Assembly: GCF_001194135.2 (NCBI RefSeq)
Contig: NC_068987.1
Span: 15,537,364-15,592,215 of the forward strand
DNA length: 54,852 nt
Reading direction: 5' to 3'
Origin: Octopus bimaculoides
Taxonomy: Eukaryota
Positions 1-13,739 of the stretch are shown in pieces. Made by a program: the position numbers and the translations under genes. Numbering within the stretch: position 1 is the first letter of the stretch; each line of letters starts with the position of its first letter. The notes below the pieces were generated by a model that did not search any database, was not told the DNA's origin, and was given only the letters and a program-made list of their open reading frames with translations.

Positions 1-92
1 AAACATAACGACACCGGAAGCAAAAGGTTATAAAATAAATGTAAAAGTATAAAGTGAAGTATATATATAAACAAAATATATATATATATAGT

Positions 93-402
93 GGGAGCGC
101 AATGACCCAGTGGTTAGGGCAGCAAACTTGTGGTCGCAGGATCACGGTTTCAATTCCCAGATCGGGCGTTGCGAGTGTTTATTGAACGAAAACACCTAAA
201 GTTTCATGAGGCTCTGGCAGGGGGGGGGGCAAACCCTGTTGTACTCTTTCACCACAACTTCCTCTCACTCTTTCTTCCTGTTTCTGTTGTACCTGTATTT
301 CAAAAGGCCAGCCTTGTCACACTCTGTGTCGTGCTGAATCTCCACAAGAACTACTTTAAGGGTACACATATCTGTGGAGTGCTCAGCCACTTGCACGTTA
401 AG
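93..402 (+). mobile_element. tRNA-derived SINE (family C)
   Basis: A-box-like TGACCCAGTGG and B-box-like GGTTTCAATTCCC head. The same body recurs at 35205-35420 (+), 32905-33010 (- fragment) and 54500-54852 (-). Confidence 0.8.
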
Positions 403-3000
403 GACAGGCGAAATACCACTAAGCATTTCACCCAACATGCTAATGATTTTGCCAGCTCACTGCCTTGTCTCATCAATTATGTGCACTAAAACTACACATT
501 CAGCAAAGCATGTATGCTTCATTTCTCTCCAGCCATCTCAATCTTCCACATTCAACATCCATATTTTGTGATTCTCTGATAAAGGTGTATGTTGTGTTTT
601 TGAGCAAAACACTTCATTCAGTTCACTCAGCTAGAAATGAGTTCCATAGCGAGGGAGTCAACCTTGCAATGGACCAGTGTCCTCTTCAGGGGGACAGCTG
701 CGGTCCCAGTCACTTATATGCCATGGAATCTGGATTAAGTTCTGACCAGATGAATTCCTAGGGTTCGTGGCAGACCTATGATAATAAAATGGTTAATCAG
801 GGCTGATCTGGGCTTAAACAATAATCTGGAGGGGAAGGTTGTCTTATTGATTATCAGTCTATTCAATTGACTCAATAGAAGCTGTTGCCTTCCTCAATAA
901 CATTAGAAAGGAGTGCTTTCAACTATTCCCAGTAACTCTTTTTTCTCTTGTTGGTCCCTTTTGTACAGCAACAACAACAACTTTGTAGAGGTCATTCTAA
1001 TGAGGGAGTCCCAAGTGGTAGCTCGCCTTGCTAGGAATAGTAGTTAAATCCTCTTTACACTGCTTTCTTCACGATGGACACATTGAATATAATGTAGTGC
1101 TAGATATACTTTGAAAATAAAACAAAATAAGAGATCAGATCATTATGACTATCATGTTTATTTGATCTGGACTGATCTGGGGTGAAACAACTGCAACAGC
1201 ATGAACCTATTTAGGATCAGGGATAGATTCATGGTACCTATGTAAATCCATTCAATTAACACAGTAAGGGCTGATGCCTTCCTTAATGATGTCACAAAGA
1301 AATAGTTTCAACTATTCCCAACAGCTCATTCTTTCCATTATCATTGCTTACATAACACAGCAACAACAGCTGTTATCTGCACCCTTTACTGCAACGTTGT
1401 GTATTATTTGCTGCACAGTATCACTGCATAATTTGAAGCAAGGTGGGTGTGGGGTTGGAATATTTGTCATCTTTGTGCTTCACATCTGATTCAGAAGTTG
1501 TCTTTCAATCCAAGCAACACAAAACAAAATCATCTACAGGAATAGACCACCTATTTCCAGCGAACCGTGTCCACAGCTGCTGATAGAATTTATAATAATC
1601 ACTACTGCAAGTATAACGATTCCAGTTCTGTTATTAGTGTTTTAACCCTTTCACAGTTTCCGCTGTTTTTTGGTAGCACTGCGTAATGGGTGGCTAAACA
1701 TTTATATATATTTTAAGCATAGCCACAGCTTTGTGAGCTTGCTCTTACATACAAGTTCATAGTTGCTAACGATGCTATGTAATGCATACTAGCTAGTTCT
1801 CTCAAGTTCAGTTACAATCATAATATCCAGTGCATACAATTACTGTTAGTAATACATTATGTAGTACATACTCACCATCTTTTTCAAGTCCAAACTGCTA
1901 AAATACATACAAATATTGTAGGTATTACATTATGCAATAACTGCAGGCATTGTATAGCCAAATGGCTTAGGACTTTGCTTCACAACCAGAAGGTTTGGAG
2001 TTCAATCCCATAATGTGACACTTTGGACAAATATCATTTTATATAGCTTTGGGTAAACCCGTTATGAATGAAATTTCACATACATGTATCATACAATCTT
2101 CCTTTCATTCAGAGAGAGATCTTTACTTGCTTCCAGAAGTAAAAGCTCTCTAAATTTTTGCCACCCTATTCATATTCTAGCAATTACACTTTCTGTGCAT
2201 CCTCCCCCACAGCTAATTAAGTTCCCTAGGTAGCAGAAATTGTCCACTACCTCTAAAGAGCCTCTGGGACATTTGAAAAAATCCATTTCCAGATGTCTAG
2301 TTTTTTATGGTTCCTGTGCATCTTCAACATACAAACACTACCTTCTCTGATAACCCAATTATTCCACTGATTCACTGTGTCCCTAGCTTGCAATGCATAC
2401 ACCATATGGAATTCCTGCCTTCACCTTTCCTACATATCGAGCAGAGCTATTTACTTGATGTGGGGTGGGGAAGAAATTTGCTTCCCAACTACATGGTTCC
2501 AGGTTCAGTCTCACTGTGTGGCTCCTTGGGCAAGTATTTTCTATGATAGCATTGCGCCAACCAAAGCCTTGATTCTGCCAGCTCAAATGATAATAATCCT
2601 TTCTGTTATAGGCACAAGGCCTGAATTTTTGCTGGAGGGCATTAATCAATTACAGCGAACCCATTGCTCAACTATAACTTATTTTATCAACCTAGAAAGG
2701 ATGAAAGGCAAAGTTGACCTCGGCAGAATTTGAACTCAGAACACTGAGTATTTTGTCCGGCGCAGTAGCGATTCTGCCAGTTTGCTACAGTAGTAGTAGT
2801 AGGAGTAGGAGGAGGAGTAAATAATTAAATAAATTTGTGATATAAATGCATTAAAATTAAGGATACAATAGTTGCAGAGTGCAAAGTTATGATAATGATT
2901 TGGAAGACTCTGTATGATCATGGACTACTACACAATTAGGACATCGAAATCTTGCTATTGCCAGTGTACTGTAACAAGAAGAAGAGATACTCTACTCTCT

Positions 3001-3210
3001 CACACACACACACACACACACATATGGAAAGTTAAAAATAATGTAGACTGTGTTTTTAAATTGAAAGGAATGATACAGTTTGGTGGAGAAATTAGGCCAG
3101 TATCCCGAGGATACTTACAAATTATTGATGTGTATGTATATATATAGATGCATATAGATAGATAGACAGACAGACAGACACACAGGCTGATACCCCCCAC
3201 ACACACACAT

Positions 3211-3276
<66 letters not shown>

Positions 3277-3340
3277 CAAAGAATATATATATACATGTAT
3301 ACACACATATATGTACATACTTACATCTACATGTGTATAT
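3001..3340. repeat. Compound microsatellite (CA)n/(TA)n/(GACA)n; representative of dozens in the window
   Basis: Directly visible. Other large tracts include (CT)n 3650-3700 and 8655-8820, (ATT)n 13417-13500, (GTA)n 30955-31000, (CA)n 30541-30591 and (TACA)n 51620-51900. Confidence 0.97.
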
Positions 3341-3480
3341 ACATGCATATCAGGGTACAGGACGTTAGAACAATAAACTACAGACAACGGAACGAACACA
3401 TAGGAAAACGGAAAGCCCCTTGGAATATCCCTTCATCAGCTGTCTCTATTCTATCTAGACGTTTCGATATAGGTGAGAGA
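3335..3480. repeat. Interspersed repeat, second copy at about 8905-9030
   Basis: Both copies share gggtacaggac...ccttcatcagct. Confidence 0.55.
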
Positions 3481-3648
3481 AAATGAGTTAAGAAAGTACA
3501 TATTGAAAATGCATAGAAAGATTTTGTGAGAAGCTAAAGGCCGATAGACTGTGAGATTCTTTTTCTGCTGGAGTTTAGCATTATGATGGGTTAACGGTAC
3601 TTAAGTCTGTGATTAAACATAGCCTTCAAATCCTCACACACACACACA

Positions 3649-3701
<53 letters not shown>

Positions 3702-4818
3702 ATTTTTTTCTCCTTCTCTTCCACTTTCTCTCACTTACGACCGTATATAAATTATTCCAAACCTTAATCTATGTCTAAAAATGGAACCAGCAGATTTAGC
3801 CCAATTATTTACATTATGAAAAAAGGAAAAAATGAGTGGGGTTGGGCAAAAGAGATCAATTTTTTTTTATTTGTTGACCTTTCATTGAACATGCCATTTA
3901 CTGTTGTTGTTGTTCTTCTTCTCCTCCTTCTTCTTCTTCTTTTTCTTCTTCTCCTCCTCCTCCTTCTTCTTCTTCTCCTTCTCTAAGTTTTCTCTTCTAG
4001 TGATATTTAGCAAATACAATTTTCTGTTTTAAATTTTATCTTGCACTATCAAATTATATTAGTTAGGTTTATGATATTTTACAAGAAAATGATAATGACA
4101 AATGGAGGACAATCTTATGATATTGCACTGCTTGTCACAGTTTTGTGTTCGTATGTTACACTTGAAAGGGAATCAAAAATTGTTGATTCAATGACTGAAA
4201 CAAGTAAAAGAGTAATACAGTACTGTTTCTACTTTGCGGATTTTCACCTATTATGGGGGGTTTTGGAACGTAACATCCGTGATAGCTGAAGAATTATTGT
4301 AATCTTTCACATGTTTGCAAATTTTTGCACTACAAATTTTATTCTCATTTTATTGACATTTAACTCTTTTGCTGGCATAACTCTATTGAAATATGCTGCC
4401 TTTGTTTCAATTTATTTTGAAAATAATGAAGAATTTCAATAAAATAACTTTGTCGTTGTTAAACTGGTGTTTGGAACATAAATAAACATGAAACCTAAAG
4501 CAAGGAGTTTGTATCATAAAACTTGATTTCTGATGGGTTGGTATCAAAAGAATTAAACAACAACATCCACTAGGAAACAAAACTGAAGATGTGAAGCAAC
4601 AGGAAAAAGAATTGGAGAATATAAGCAAAAGGTGAGAAAAGGCTAAAGATAGAAAATAAGAGAAATGATAAGATGAAAATCAATGAATATGAAGAACCAA
4701 TATGGCCAAGTGTGAAAATGCTAGCTACTTAGGGTATCAAAGAGAAAAATCAACAGATATAGAGAAAACATGGGCACTGAACAGCCAGCTGATTATACAT
4801 ATCATGAACAAGAGAGAC

Positions 4819-4857
<39 letters not shown>

Positions 4858-4939
4858 TTGGGGAGAGAAATTCAATGAAATAATGGGAACACAGAACAGC
4901 AAGCAGAATATAAGGAATAACTGGAAGAAAGGAATTGAA

Positions 4940-5200
4940 TATGATGAGAAAATACAAAGAATGGTTGCTTAATTTAAGAAGTGTTCAAAGAGAAAAGGCA
5001 TTATCAGAGATTATTTGGAACTTCTATCATACCACAACAGAATTAACAACTTGCAGTTGAACCATACAACATCAGAGAAATGGACAGCACCTTTCTCTTC
5101 ATTGTTGCTCTTTGTGATTCAGAAATGAACTTCTAAACAATTGCCATAACATTAAAGTACATTCCCTCCTCTGCAGTTTTATCCTGATGAGCGAAAACTA
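4940..5200 (+). mobile_element. Older Penelope-like remnant (GIY-YIG C-terminus)
   Basis: One frame reads ALSEIIWNF...*TIQHQRNGQHLSLHCCSL*FRNELLNNCH. Reading the two TGA as decayed W and C codons restores the W-x-I-(13)-C-x-L-C spacing and an RSEL..CRH-like end. Confidence 0.6.
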
Positions 5201-7544
5201 CTTTTTGATGAGAAACTTAATGATTTCAGGAAAATATCTAGAATTATTACTGTGCAGTTTCTTGTGTTCCATTTGGTGTAAAAGTTGTTTCACCGCAAGA
5301 AAAAAAAACTTTATTGTTTTAAAATCCACAGATAGACATGTCATCTTCCTTCTCTGTTCATGGAAAATTATTACCCAGTATACAGTCAACTTTACATTAT
5401 TGAAGCTAATGAAGCTTTTACATTACAGAATAGAAGAACCTCAAAATTTAGAATGTTCATCTAATGTAACAAACACAATACAAGGAATTTTGGTTTTTCA
5501 CACCCCGTGCATTTAACTCTATGCAAATATGTATTTGGGAGAATTGTAAAAACAGGCACATGCAGTCAGGGAAAATACAGTTCCCTATAAATATGAACTG
5601 CACTTCAGATGGTGCCCCTGATATCAGGTACAATTTTCCTACAAGTAATGAAGTCCTCCCTAACCTAGAAAATAGACGTCATTATCATCATCATCATCAC
5701 CATTTTAATGTCCACCTTTCAATGTTTTCATGGGTTGGTCAGAGTTTATTAAGGCAAATTTTTTTATGGCCAGATGCCCTTCTTGTTGCCAACCCTCACT
5801 TGTTTCCAAGCAAGGTAGTATTTCTCGTGGCCAAACGATGTTTTTGCAAACTATTGGAAATAAATGACACTGTTTGTCTGACAGTGTCACTCATAACTAT
5901 CATGCAGTGCCAAAACAAGGACACACACACACACACACACACAAACACACACATACATATACACCATAGAGCAGGTTCCTTTCGGTTTCTGATTACCAAA
6001 TCCATTCACAAGGTTTTGGTTAGTCCAGCACTATAATAGAAGATTCTAGCCCTTGGTACCAAAACCAAAAACCATGTGGCTGGGAAACAAACCCCTTAAC
6101 CATGTAACCATGCCTGTGCTTATTATAGTTAATAAATCATCCAAGAAAATGCATCACCAACGAGGATCTTATATTTATCTTACCATCAAACCTCATTGTG
6201 TTACTCTCTTTTATTTCTCAATGGTGAGCTTGGATGACACAATGATACACAGCATGCTTAAGAACAACCAACCATTGTTGAAAATAGGGCAAATATGCAA
6301 AAGAGTTCTACTGCTATCATCGCTCACATAGGTAGCTTCAGTGTCGTTTACAATTTTTCAACAATAGGTGCAGGTGTGGCTGAGTGGTAATAAGAAGACT
6401 TCAGTATTCACCACCTGTATGTATTTTGTCACAAAGGTGATGGCAAACCAAGAATCAATCTCTTTGAATGAGAGCCTTGTGCTTTGTTGGCCCAAGTACA
6501 ACAGCAACAAAGGAATTGTGTGGCTCTCCAATTTCTTTGTCCCACCTTCAATGTTAAAAACTAAGAACCTTGTGAAAGGGTATTTCCCTACACATTGTCT
6601 AAGACTACTTCTAACTGTTCTTTTGAACATAAGGAAATTTACTTTCTTTTAGTGATGAATATCTCTTGGAGGCCAGTTCCTCCTTTTGCGCTTTTGAATG
6701 AAAAGATCTGGCAACGTGACTTCTGTTTTAGTTACAAACTTTGCCAAACAATTTTTATCTAGACTAAGTAGTTCATGGTTAAGATCTGCCTGTCAATGGT
6801 GGCTTGAACAATGTTAAAACTGCTGTCTTTTATGCTATTTCCTTTGTTTAACAAGTATGCATGGGTGTATTGTTAACCTCAGATAATATGATGCAAATTT
6901 GTGTTTTTGGATATTAAATTCTGACTGCTTATACTTGAAAATGTGTTTGTTTTATTATAGTTTTTTCCTGCTAATCTTTTTTTTTTTTTTTAATTTTGCT
7001 TATCTTTTTTTTTGAATTGATTTTTGTAAGTATGAAGATTAAATTACCATTTTCTTTCAGAGAGGCATATTTGAGTGTTACTCCCTTTCTTGTAACTAAC
7101 TCTTACTGTTCCGCTAGTAAAAGAAGCCATGTTGAAAACAATTGCAAACAACAAAATTTCAGAAAAGAATTAAGATAGGCCTTCAGTCTACCTCAGGTAA
7201 CAAGGTAGACATGTTGATATGCTAGCGCTTCCTGTTTGTAAAATTGAAAAAATAATTTTCATCCAGTAAAACTCGTTAATAGTCCAAAACTTCTTCGAAA
7301 GTTTTAACAATCAAGCACAAAGTCTAATAATAATATTTTGTTATAAGTTAAATAGAAAAGAAAAGAAAGAAATGTAGACATAGGAGTTACAAACGTATGG
7401 GGATGGACAAAATCATATAAAAATATTGTATACAAACCCTTTAATTTTTTTATATTTTATTCTTTTAAATTATTTATTTAATTTTTCGGAAGATTCATTT
7501 TCTAAGCAAAAACGTTGTTTACCAATTTCTTTCTTTCTTTCCAG

Positions 7545-7717
7545 GTTGCACATTTTGATGAGTGGAAGCAGGGGAGCAACCCATTGAGCCGTCTGTGTCA
7601 CACATGTCAAATTGTCAAACCAATGCGTGCAAAACACTGTAGAATTTGTAACCGCTGTGTCCGAGAATTTGATCACCATTGTCCATACATTTACAACTGT
7701 GTGGGTTACACGAACAG
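7545..7717 (+). CDS. DHHC palmitoyltransferase (Patsas/ankyrin-DHHC-like), exon encoding the DHHC cysteine-rich domain
   Basis: Acceptor tttctttctttccAG and donor GTAACT; 173 nt, phase 0->2. Translates [57 protein letters not shown](R), the canonical C-x2-C...HC-x2-C-x2-C...DHHC-x5-C pattern. Confidence 0.95.
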
Positions 7718-8461
7718 GTAACTGCTCCTCAAGAATTGTCTCAATGCTGTTCTTATTTTTTTTTCAGTCTCCATTCAGTGGTTTTGTTGTTGTTGCTGTT
7801 GTTCTTGTTCTTATTTTAGTAGTTTTTTTTTTTTCTTTTTGCTCCACTTTAGCTCTGATCTCATTCTTTACATCTGATGTCTTGTATATAAAATGTAGTA
7901 ACAAAAATCAGTTCTGGTTATAATCTCTATTGAATATCTGTAGAAATAACCTTAACAAAATAATGTTTGATCATCCATTGAACTCTCCAGAGGGAGATTT
8001 ATCTTATATCTGTTTATAATAATAACATAGGAGTAAAATACCAAACCAATGAGGGAGTCCTATGCAGTCACTTATCCCAATAGATATAGCAGCCAAATCT
8101 TTCTCAAATCTTCACTCTGCTGTCTTAAAAAGAAAATGAATGATTCATTTGGTAATCTAATGCTGGGTGCTGTGTATATAGGAAAAAGAGAGACAAGATG
8201 TCCTGACTGGAACCTCTTTGATTATAGCTCTGCTCACTCAAAGTTGATCTGGGGCTAAAGAACAACAACCAATCATTTAAAAGCTTTTTTTTTGGCCACA
8301 TGAGACATCTCCACATCACATCCTACCCGTTCCCAACTTTCGGAAAAATAGGCTTTCGGCTTGATCAAAGGATGTCAATATTGAAAGAAAAACTGCTTAA
8401 GACAAACAAACACATACCCTCTGCTCTTTCACTGATTCTTTGGTCTGTCTTGTAATTTCAG

Positions 8462-8627
8462 GGTTTGGTTTTTTGGTTTTGCCAGTTCCATTGCACTGAT
8501 GTGTGCCATAACTGATTACTTGTGCTACTACATGCTTAAATATCATGAGTGGAATTGGCTTGTTGTCATTGGCTTCTGTCAATCTGGTATCTTTACATTT
8601 GTTGCTGGAGTCATCCCTGTCATGACA
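8462..8627 (+). CDS. DHHC palmitoyltransferase, next exon (transmembrane helices after the DHHC domain)
   Basis: Acceptor gtcttgtaatttcAG and donor GTAAGT; 166 nt, phase 2->0, joins the previous exon as NR|VWFF. Translates VWFFGFASSIALMCAITDYLCYYMLKYHEWNWLVVIGFCQSGIFTFVAGVIPVMT, two hydrophobic helices as expected after DHHC. Confidence 0.9.
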
Positions 8628-8653
8628 GTAAGTACTTCACATATCATTTTCTC

Positions 8654-8690
<37 letters not shown>

Positions 8691-8775
8691 NNNNNNNNNN
8701 NNNNNNNNNNNNNNNNNNNNNNNNNNCCCCCTCTCTCTCTCTCTCTCTCTTTCCCTCCCTCTCTCTCCCTCTCTT

Positions 8776-8822
<47 letters not shown>

Positions 8823-9039
8823 ATGTGTGTGTAAAACAAATAATAAATGAGTATGTGCATATATATGTACAGGTATGTGCATACCTACGTCTACCTGTAT
8901 ATATAGGTGCATATCTGGGTACAGGACATTGCAAACAAAACGTAGACAAAAAAATAATAATAACCAGAGTACAGAACACACACAGGCCACATAGAGAACA
9001 TTTTCCTTCATCAGCTACCCCCATTCTAACACAGGCATT

Positions 9040-9070
<31 letters not shown>

Positions 9071-9937
9071 ATACATATACAAGAAATATAAATAATTATT
9101 AAAAATAATATTACTATCCAGCAAGAATAAAGCACCATAAAAGGTAGAATTATGAATATACAAAGTTGATGTACACGAAGTACAATCATTGCTAGAAATA
9201 GCAGCCAGTAATCCCATTCAGGGGTGATAGACATAGATGTTTTGTCATTTTTGTAGTTTATCATCATCACAAACCCGAACTGAATTGGATGTGAACTGAA
9301 CTACCAGTCTGTGACTATATACAAATAGTGCAAAAACCATTCGCTGGTGTGTGTGTGTATGTGTACATACACACACACACACACATACTTCATATCATAC
9401 TTGTAAATGAGTGTCACTGTCATACAAGCAGTGTCATTTCTTTCCGGTATTCTGCATAAGCATGTCTGGCCATGAGTAAATATCACGTTGCTTGGAAACA
9501 GGTAGGGGTTGATGACAGGGAAGGCATCCAGTTGAAGGAAATTTGACACAATAAACTCCGTTCAACCTATGCAAGCATGGAAAAGTAGACAAGATGATGA
9601 TGATGATATCATTTTAATGTCCATTTTTCCATGCTAACATGAGTCAGATGGAATTCATTGAGATACATTTTCTATGGCTGGATGCCCCTCTTGTTGGCAA
9701 TCCTTGCCTATTTGTAGATTGAGTGATAATTTCACATACCCAAACATTCATACATATATATATATAATGGGTGTACAGGCAGCTTTCAATTTCCGAATCA
9801 ATTCACAAGGTTTTGACCTGGGGCTACAGTAGAAAACACTTGCCCAAAATGCTACAATTGGGATTGAACCTGAAACAGTGTGACTGAGAATCAAGCTTCT
9901 TACCACACAGCCATATATATATATATATATATATATA

Positions 9938-10888
9938 NNNNNNNNNNNNNNNNNNNNNNNNNNNNNNNNNNNNNNNNNNNNNNNNNNNNNNNNNNNNNNN
10001 NNNNNNNNNNNNNNNNNNNNNNNNNNNNNNNNNNNNNNNNNNNNNNNNNNNNNNNNNNNNNNNNNNNNNNNNNNNNNNNNNNNNNNNNNNNNNNNNNNNN
10101 NNNNNNNNNNNNNNNNNNNNNNNNNNNNNNNNNNNNNNNNNNNNNNNNNNNNNNNNNNNNNNNNNNNNNNNNNNNNNNNNNNNNNNNNNNNNNNNNNNNN
10201 NNNNNNNNNNNNNNNNNNNNNNNNNNNNNNNNNNNNNNNNNNNNNNNNNNNNNNNNNNNNNNNNNNNNNNNNNNNNNNNNNNNNNNNNNNNNNNNNNNNN
10301 NNNNNNNNNNNNNNNNNNNNNNNNNNNNNNNNNNNNNNNNNNNNNNNNNNNNNNNNNNNNNNNNNNNNNNNNNNNNNNNNNNNNNNNNNNNNNNNNNNNN
10401 NNNNNNNNNNNNNNNNNNNNNNNNNNNNNNNNNNNNNNNNNNNNNNNNNNNNNNNNNNNNNNNNNNNNNNNNNNNNNNNNNNNNNNNNNNNNNNNNNNNN
10501 NNNNNNNNNNNNNNNNNNNNNNNNNNNNNNNNNNNNNNNNNNNNNNNNNNNNNNNNNNNNNNNNNNNNNNNNNNNNNNNNNNNNNNNNNNNNNNNNNNNN
10601 NNNNNNNNNNNNNNNNNNNNNNNNNNNNNNNNNNNNNNNNNNNNNNNNNNNNNNNNNNNNNNNNNNNNNNNNNNNNNNNNNNNNNNNNNNNNNNNNNNNN
10701 NNNNNNNNNNNNNNNNNNNNNNNNNNNNNNNNNNNNNNNNNNNNNNNNNNNNNNNNNNNNNNNNNNNNNNNNNNNNNNNNNNNNNNNNNNNNNNNNNNNN
10801 NNNNNNNNNNNNNNNNNNNNNNNNNNNNNNNNNNNNNNNNNNNNNNNNNNNNNNNNNNNNNNNNNNNNNNNNNNNNNNNNNNNNNNNN
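9938..10888. other. Assembly gap (largest); others at about 8691-8726, 12020-12586, 18429-19327, 27237-27390, 30008-30069, 30592-30922, 41475-41829
   Basis: Runs of N, several flanked by microsatellites. Confidence 0.99.
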
Positions 10889-10938
<50 letters not shown>

Positions 10939-11459
10939 GTGTCTGTGGAAGCAGTCGCTCTGTCCTTTATACATTTGTATTGGATAGGTGGGGAGGAACA
11001 ACAAAAACGCTAATCGTTTTGTTGTGTCTTTATTACATGATGTTGTAGTTGTATGTAATAGGTAACGACCCGCAGGGGTCACAGCTATTTACAGTACTAC
11101 CTCATGTCAGAAGTAGGAAAGATTGCCGACAGAAATTTTGGGTTGTTTCTGTAATAAATCAGTGCTTGAATTTTCACTATTGTTGCTACAAATATCCACC
11201 TGATGCTAATAGTGATAGTCATGACAATTTACTCTCCCTCCAGCTCTTGCACTATGTTGTATATTATGACAATTCACTTGCTGGGAGCCATGACAAATTA
11301 CAAAATTTGGAGATGCAAAATATTTTTCATTTAGTTGGGGACATTGATTTAAACATGAAAATTTTTCCTGTATATCTTTGCAAATATTTTGGAAGGATGT
11401 TTTAAGCATCTGAAAGAGTTAATCACAAATTATTATTGTCCATCAACATTCTAATTTAA

Positions 11460-11681
11460 CCCTTCAGCATTCAAAATTACTCTGTCAAATATAATGCTTA
11501 TTTATACACATTGTTTTCAAATAATCATGCATTATCTCATAGCTTCAAAATTTTAATGGCGTGATTGTTTATTTTCAGAATGACATTGTAGGGTATGTGT
11601 GAGAGGCCAAATTTGGCCAGTTTGAACATGAAACAAGGTAGAATATTTGGGCCAGATATGGTCAGTTTAAATGCGAAAGGG
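11460..11681. mobile_element. piggyBac-like MITE (TTAA-CCCT...AGGG-TTAA), family P1
   Basis: TTAA on both flanks; TIR ccct(t/c)tagcatt. Homologous copies at 21280-21499, 23623-23838, 31673-32322 (interrupted), 32652-32805 (partial), 33957-34176 and 45530-45726 (partial). Confidence 0.88.
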
Positions 11682-12842
11682 TTAAGTGATCTTAAGTAGA
11701 TGAAAATTATTTTTCTTTATTGGATTCGAATTTCAGTTACACTCATCTGGTCTCAATAACTTTTCCTTTTTTTTACTTCCTGCAATGAATTGTCTTAAAA
11801 CAAATATAATCATATTACTGACAATGTCTCCCTTCCCCTCCTACATATATCCTGAGCCTTGATTTGTTTAATTGCTGTTAATCACATTTTTTTATTTTTT
11901 TTAAAAAGAAAAACAAAGATGTTTCTCGCTATTTTAGACAAAAGATGAATATCAGGAACTCTGAGCAGCTAACAGCATTTTCAGTATTATAATTTAATTT
12001 GTTTTCACCCCACCTCATTNNNNNNNNNNNNNNNNNNNNNNNNNNNNNNNNNNNNNNNNNNNNNNNNNNNNNNNNNNNNNNNNNNNNNNNNNNNNNNNNN
12101 NNNNNNNNNNNNNNNNNNNNNNNNNNNNNNNNNNNNNNNNNNNNNNNNNNNNNNNNNNNNNNNNNNNNNNNNNNNNNNNNNNNNNNNNNNNNNNNNNNNN
12201 NNNNNNNNNNNNNNNNNNNNNNNNNNNNNNNNNNNNNNNNNNNNNNNNNNNNNNNNNNNNNNNNNNNNNNNNNNNNNNNNNNNNNNNNNNNNNNNNNNNN
12301 NNNNNNNNNNNNNNNNNNNNNNNNNNNNNNNNNNNNNNNNNNNNNNNNNNNNNNNNNNNNNNNNNNNNNNNNNNNNNNNNNNNNNNNNNNNNNNNNNNNN
12401 NNNNNNNNNNNNNNNNNNNNNNNNNNNNNNNNNNNNNNNNNNNNNNNNNNNNNNNNNNNNNNNNNNNNNNNNNNNNNNNNNNNNNNNNNNNNNNNNNNNN
12501 NNNNNNNNNNNNNNNNNNNNNNNNNNNNNNNNNNNNNNNNNNNNNNNNNNNNNNNNNNNNNNNNNNNNNNNNNNNNNNNNNNNNNNTCAGTGTTAATCTC
12601 CAGAAGAGTTGGATGGAACAGAGGTAGATAGAACTCAGTGCCTGTCTGCAAACGATAATGGCAGACAGACGGAAGTGGAGCATTATTTTACTTCTTTCAT
12701 TTCATTTTTAACCATCATAGCTAAGTCTATGCTGGACTTCATTACCTTTGTCTATTTAATTTTTTTAACATTATCTTTGAAGAATGTTATGACAAGAAGT
12801 TTCTGCCAAACAATTCTTTGATTCATTCTTATATTATTGCTG

Positions 12843-12879
<37 letters not shown>

Positions 12880-13425
12880 CATTATTGCTAAAGTGGCAAG
12901 CTGACAGGCTTGTTACTGCATGAAATAAAAGATGCATAATGGCTTTTCTTCCTGCTCTTTATGTTCTCTAATTCAACACCACGGTTGACTATGCCTTTCA
13001 TCTTTTCAGGAAGGATAAAATAAGTACCAGTTATGCACTGGGGGTCGATGTAATCATCTAACCCTCTTCCCTAAAATTGCTGACCTACCAAAATTTGAAA
13101 CCGTTATTTTGATAGTTTCATGCAAGTCTCTATTGTAGTGCCTGGTGCCCGCCTCTGTGTTCTGCGGTGTGCACAGCATTGTATGTTCCTATTTTTGTAA
13201 GAGCTGGAGGAGTATCGACTCCTTGTTAATGAACTGCATCAATCTATTTTGCTATGGCGGTTTGGCCTGTTGTTTTTTGTGTTATGTTGGTGTTTGTTTT
13301 GTTGTGTCTGGTGTGTGTAGTGTAAGCTGTGTTATTTTATTGAATTAATCTTGTAAAGTATATGTTGCGTGAGTTGTGTCACTCTATTCTATTAGGTTCT
13401 TATTACATGTATGAAGATTATTTTA

Positions 13426-13465
<40 letters not shown>

Positions 13466-13739
13466 GATTATTATTATGATTATTATTATTATTATTATTA
13501 AGCAAGGAGCTAGCAGAATCTTTAGAGTATCAGAAAAAGCACTTTGTGGCATTCAATCCAACCCTTTACAATCTGGGTTCAATTTCTGCAGAGTTCAACT
13601 TAGCCTTTCATCCTTCCAGGATCAATAAAATAAAGTACCAGTCAAGTACTGGGGTTGATGTACTCAATTAATTCCACCCGCTAAAGTCGTTGGTCTTGTG
13701 CCAAAATCTGAAACAATTATCGTTTATTTATTTTGGTAG

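Noticed and set aside
2150-2460. Possible upstream DHHC exon (ACNAYTIWNSCLHLSY...)
   Set aside because: Lacks the DPG motif and a good donor; WNS(L/C) looks more like a CR1/L2 LINE C-terminal remnant.
3000-3399. ORFs rich in YI/CV/HT/LS repeats here and throughout (e.g. 8549-9270, 16829-17416, 30368-31210, 51391-52007)
   Set aside because: Translations of dinucleotide or trinucleotide microsatellites, with no coding signal.
3430-3470. GAAACGTC ... CTGATGA on the minus strand as a type II hammerhead ribozyme
   Set aside because: Core motifs are present, but helix I does not pair and the 10.1-11.1 pair is A-C; no foldable hammerhead.
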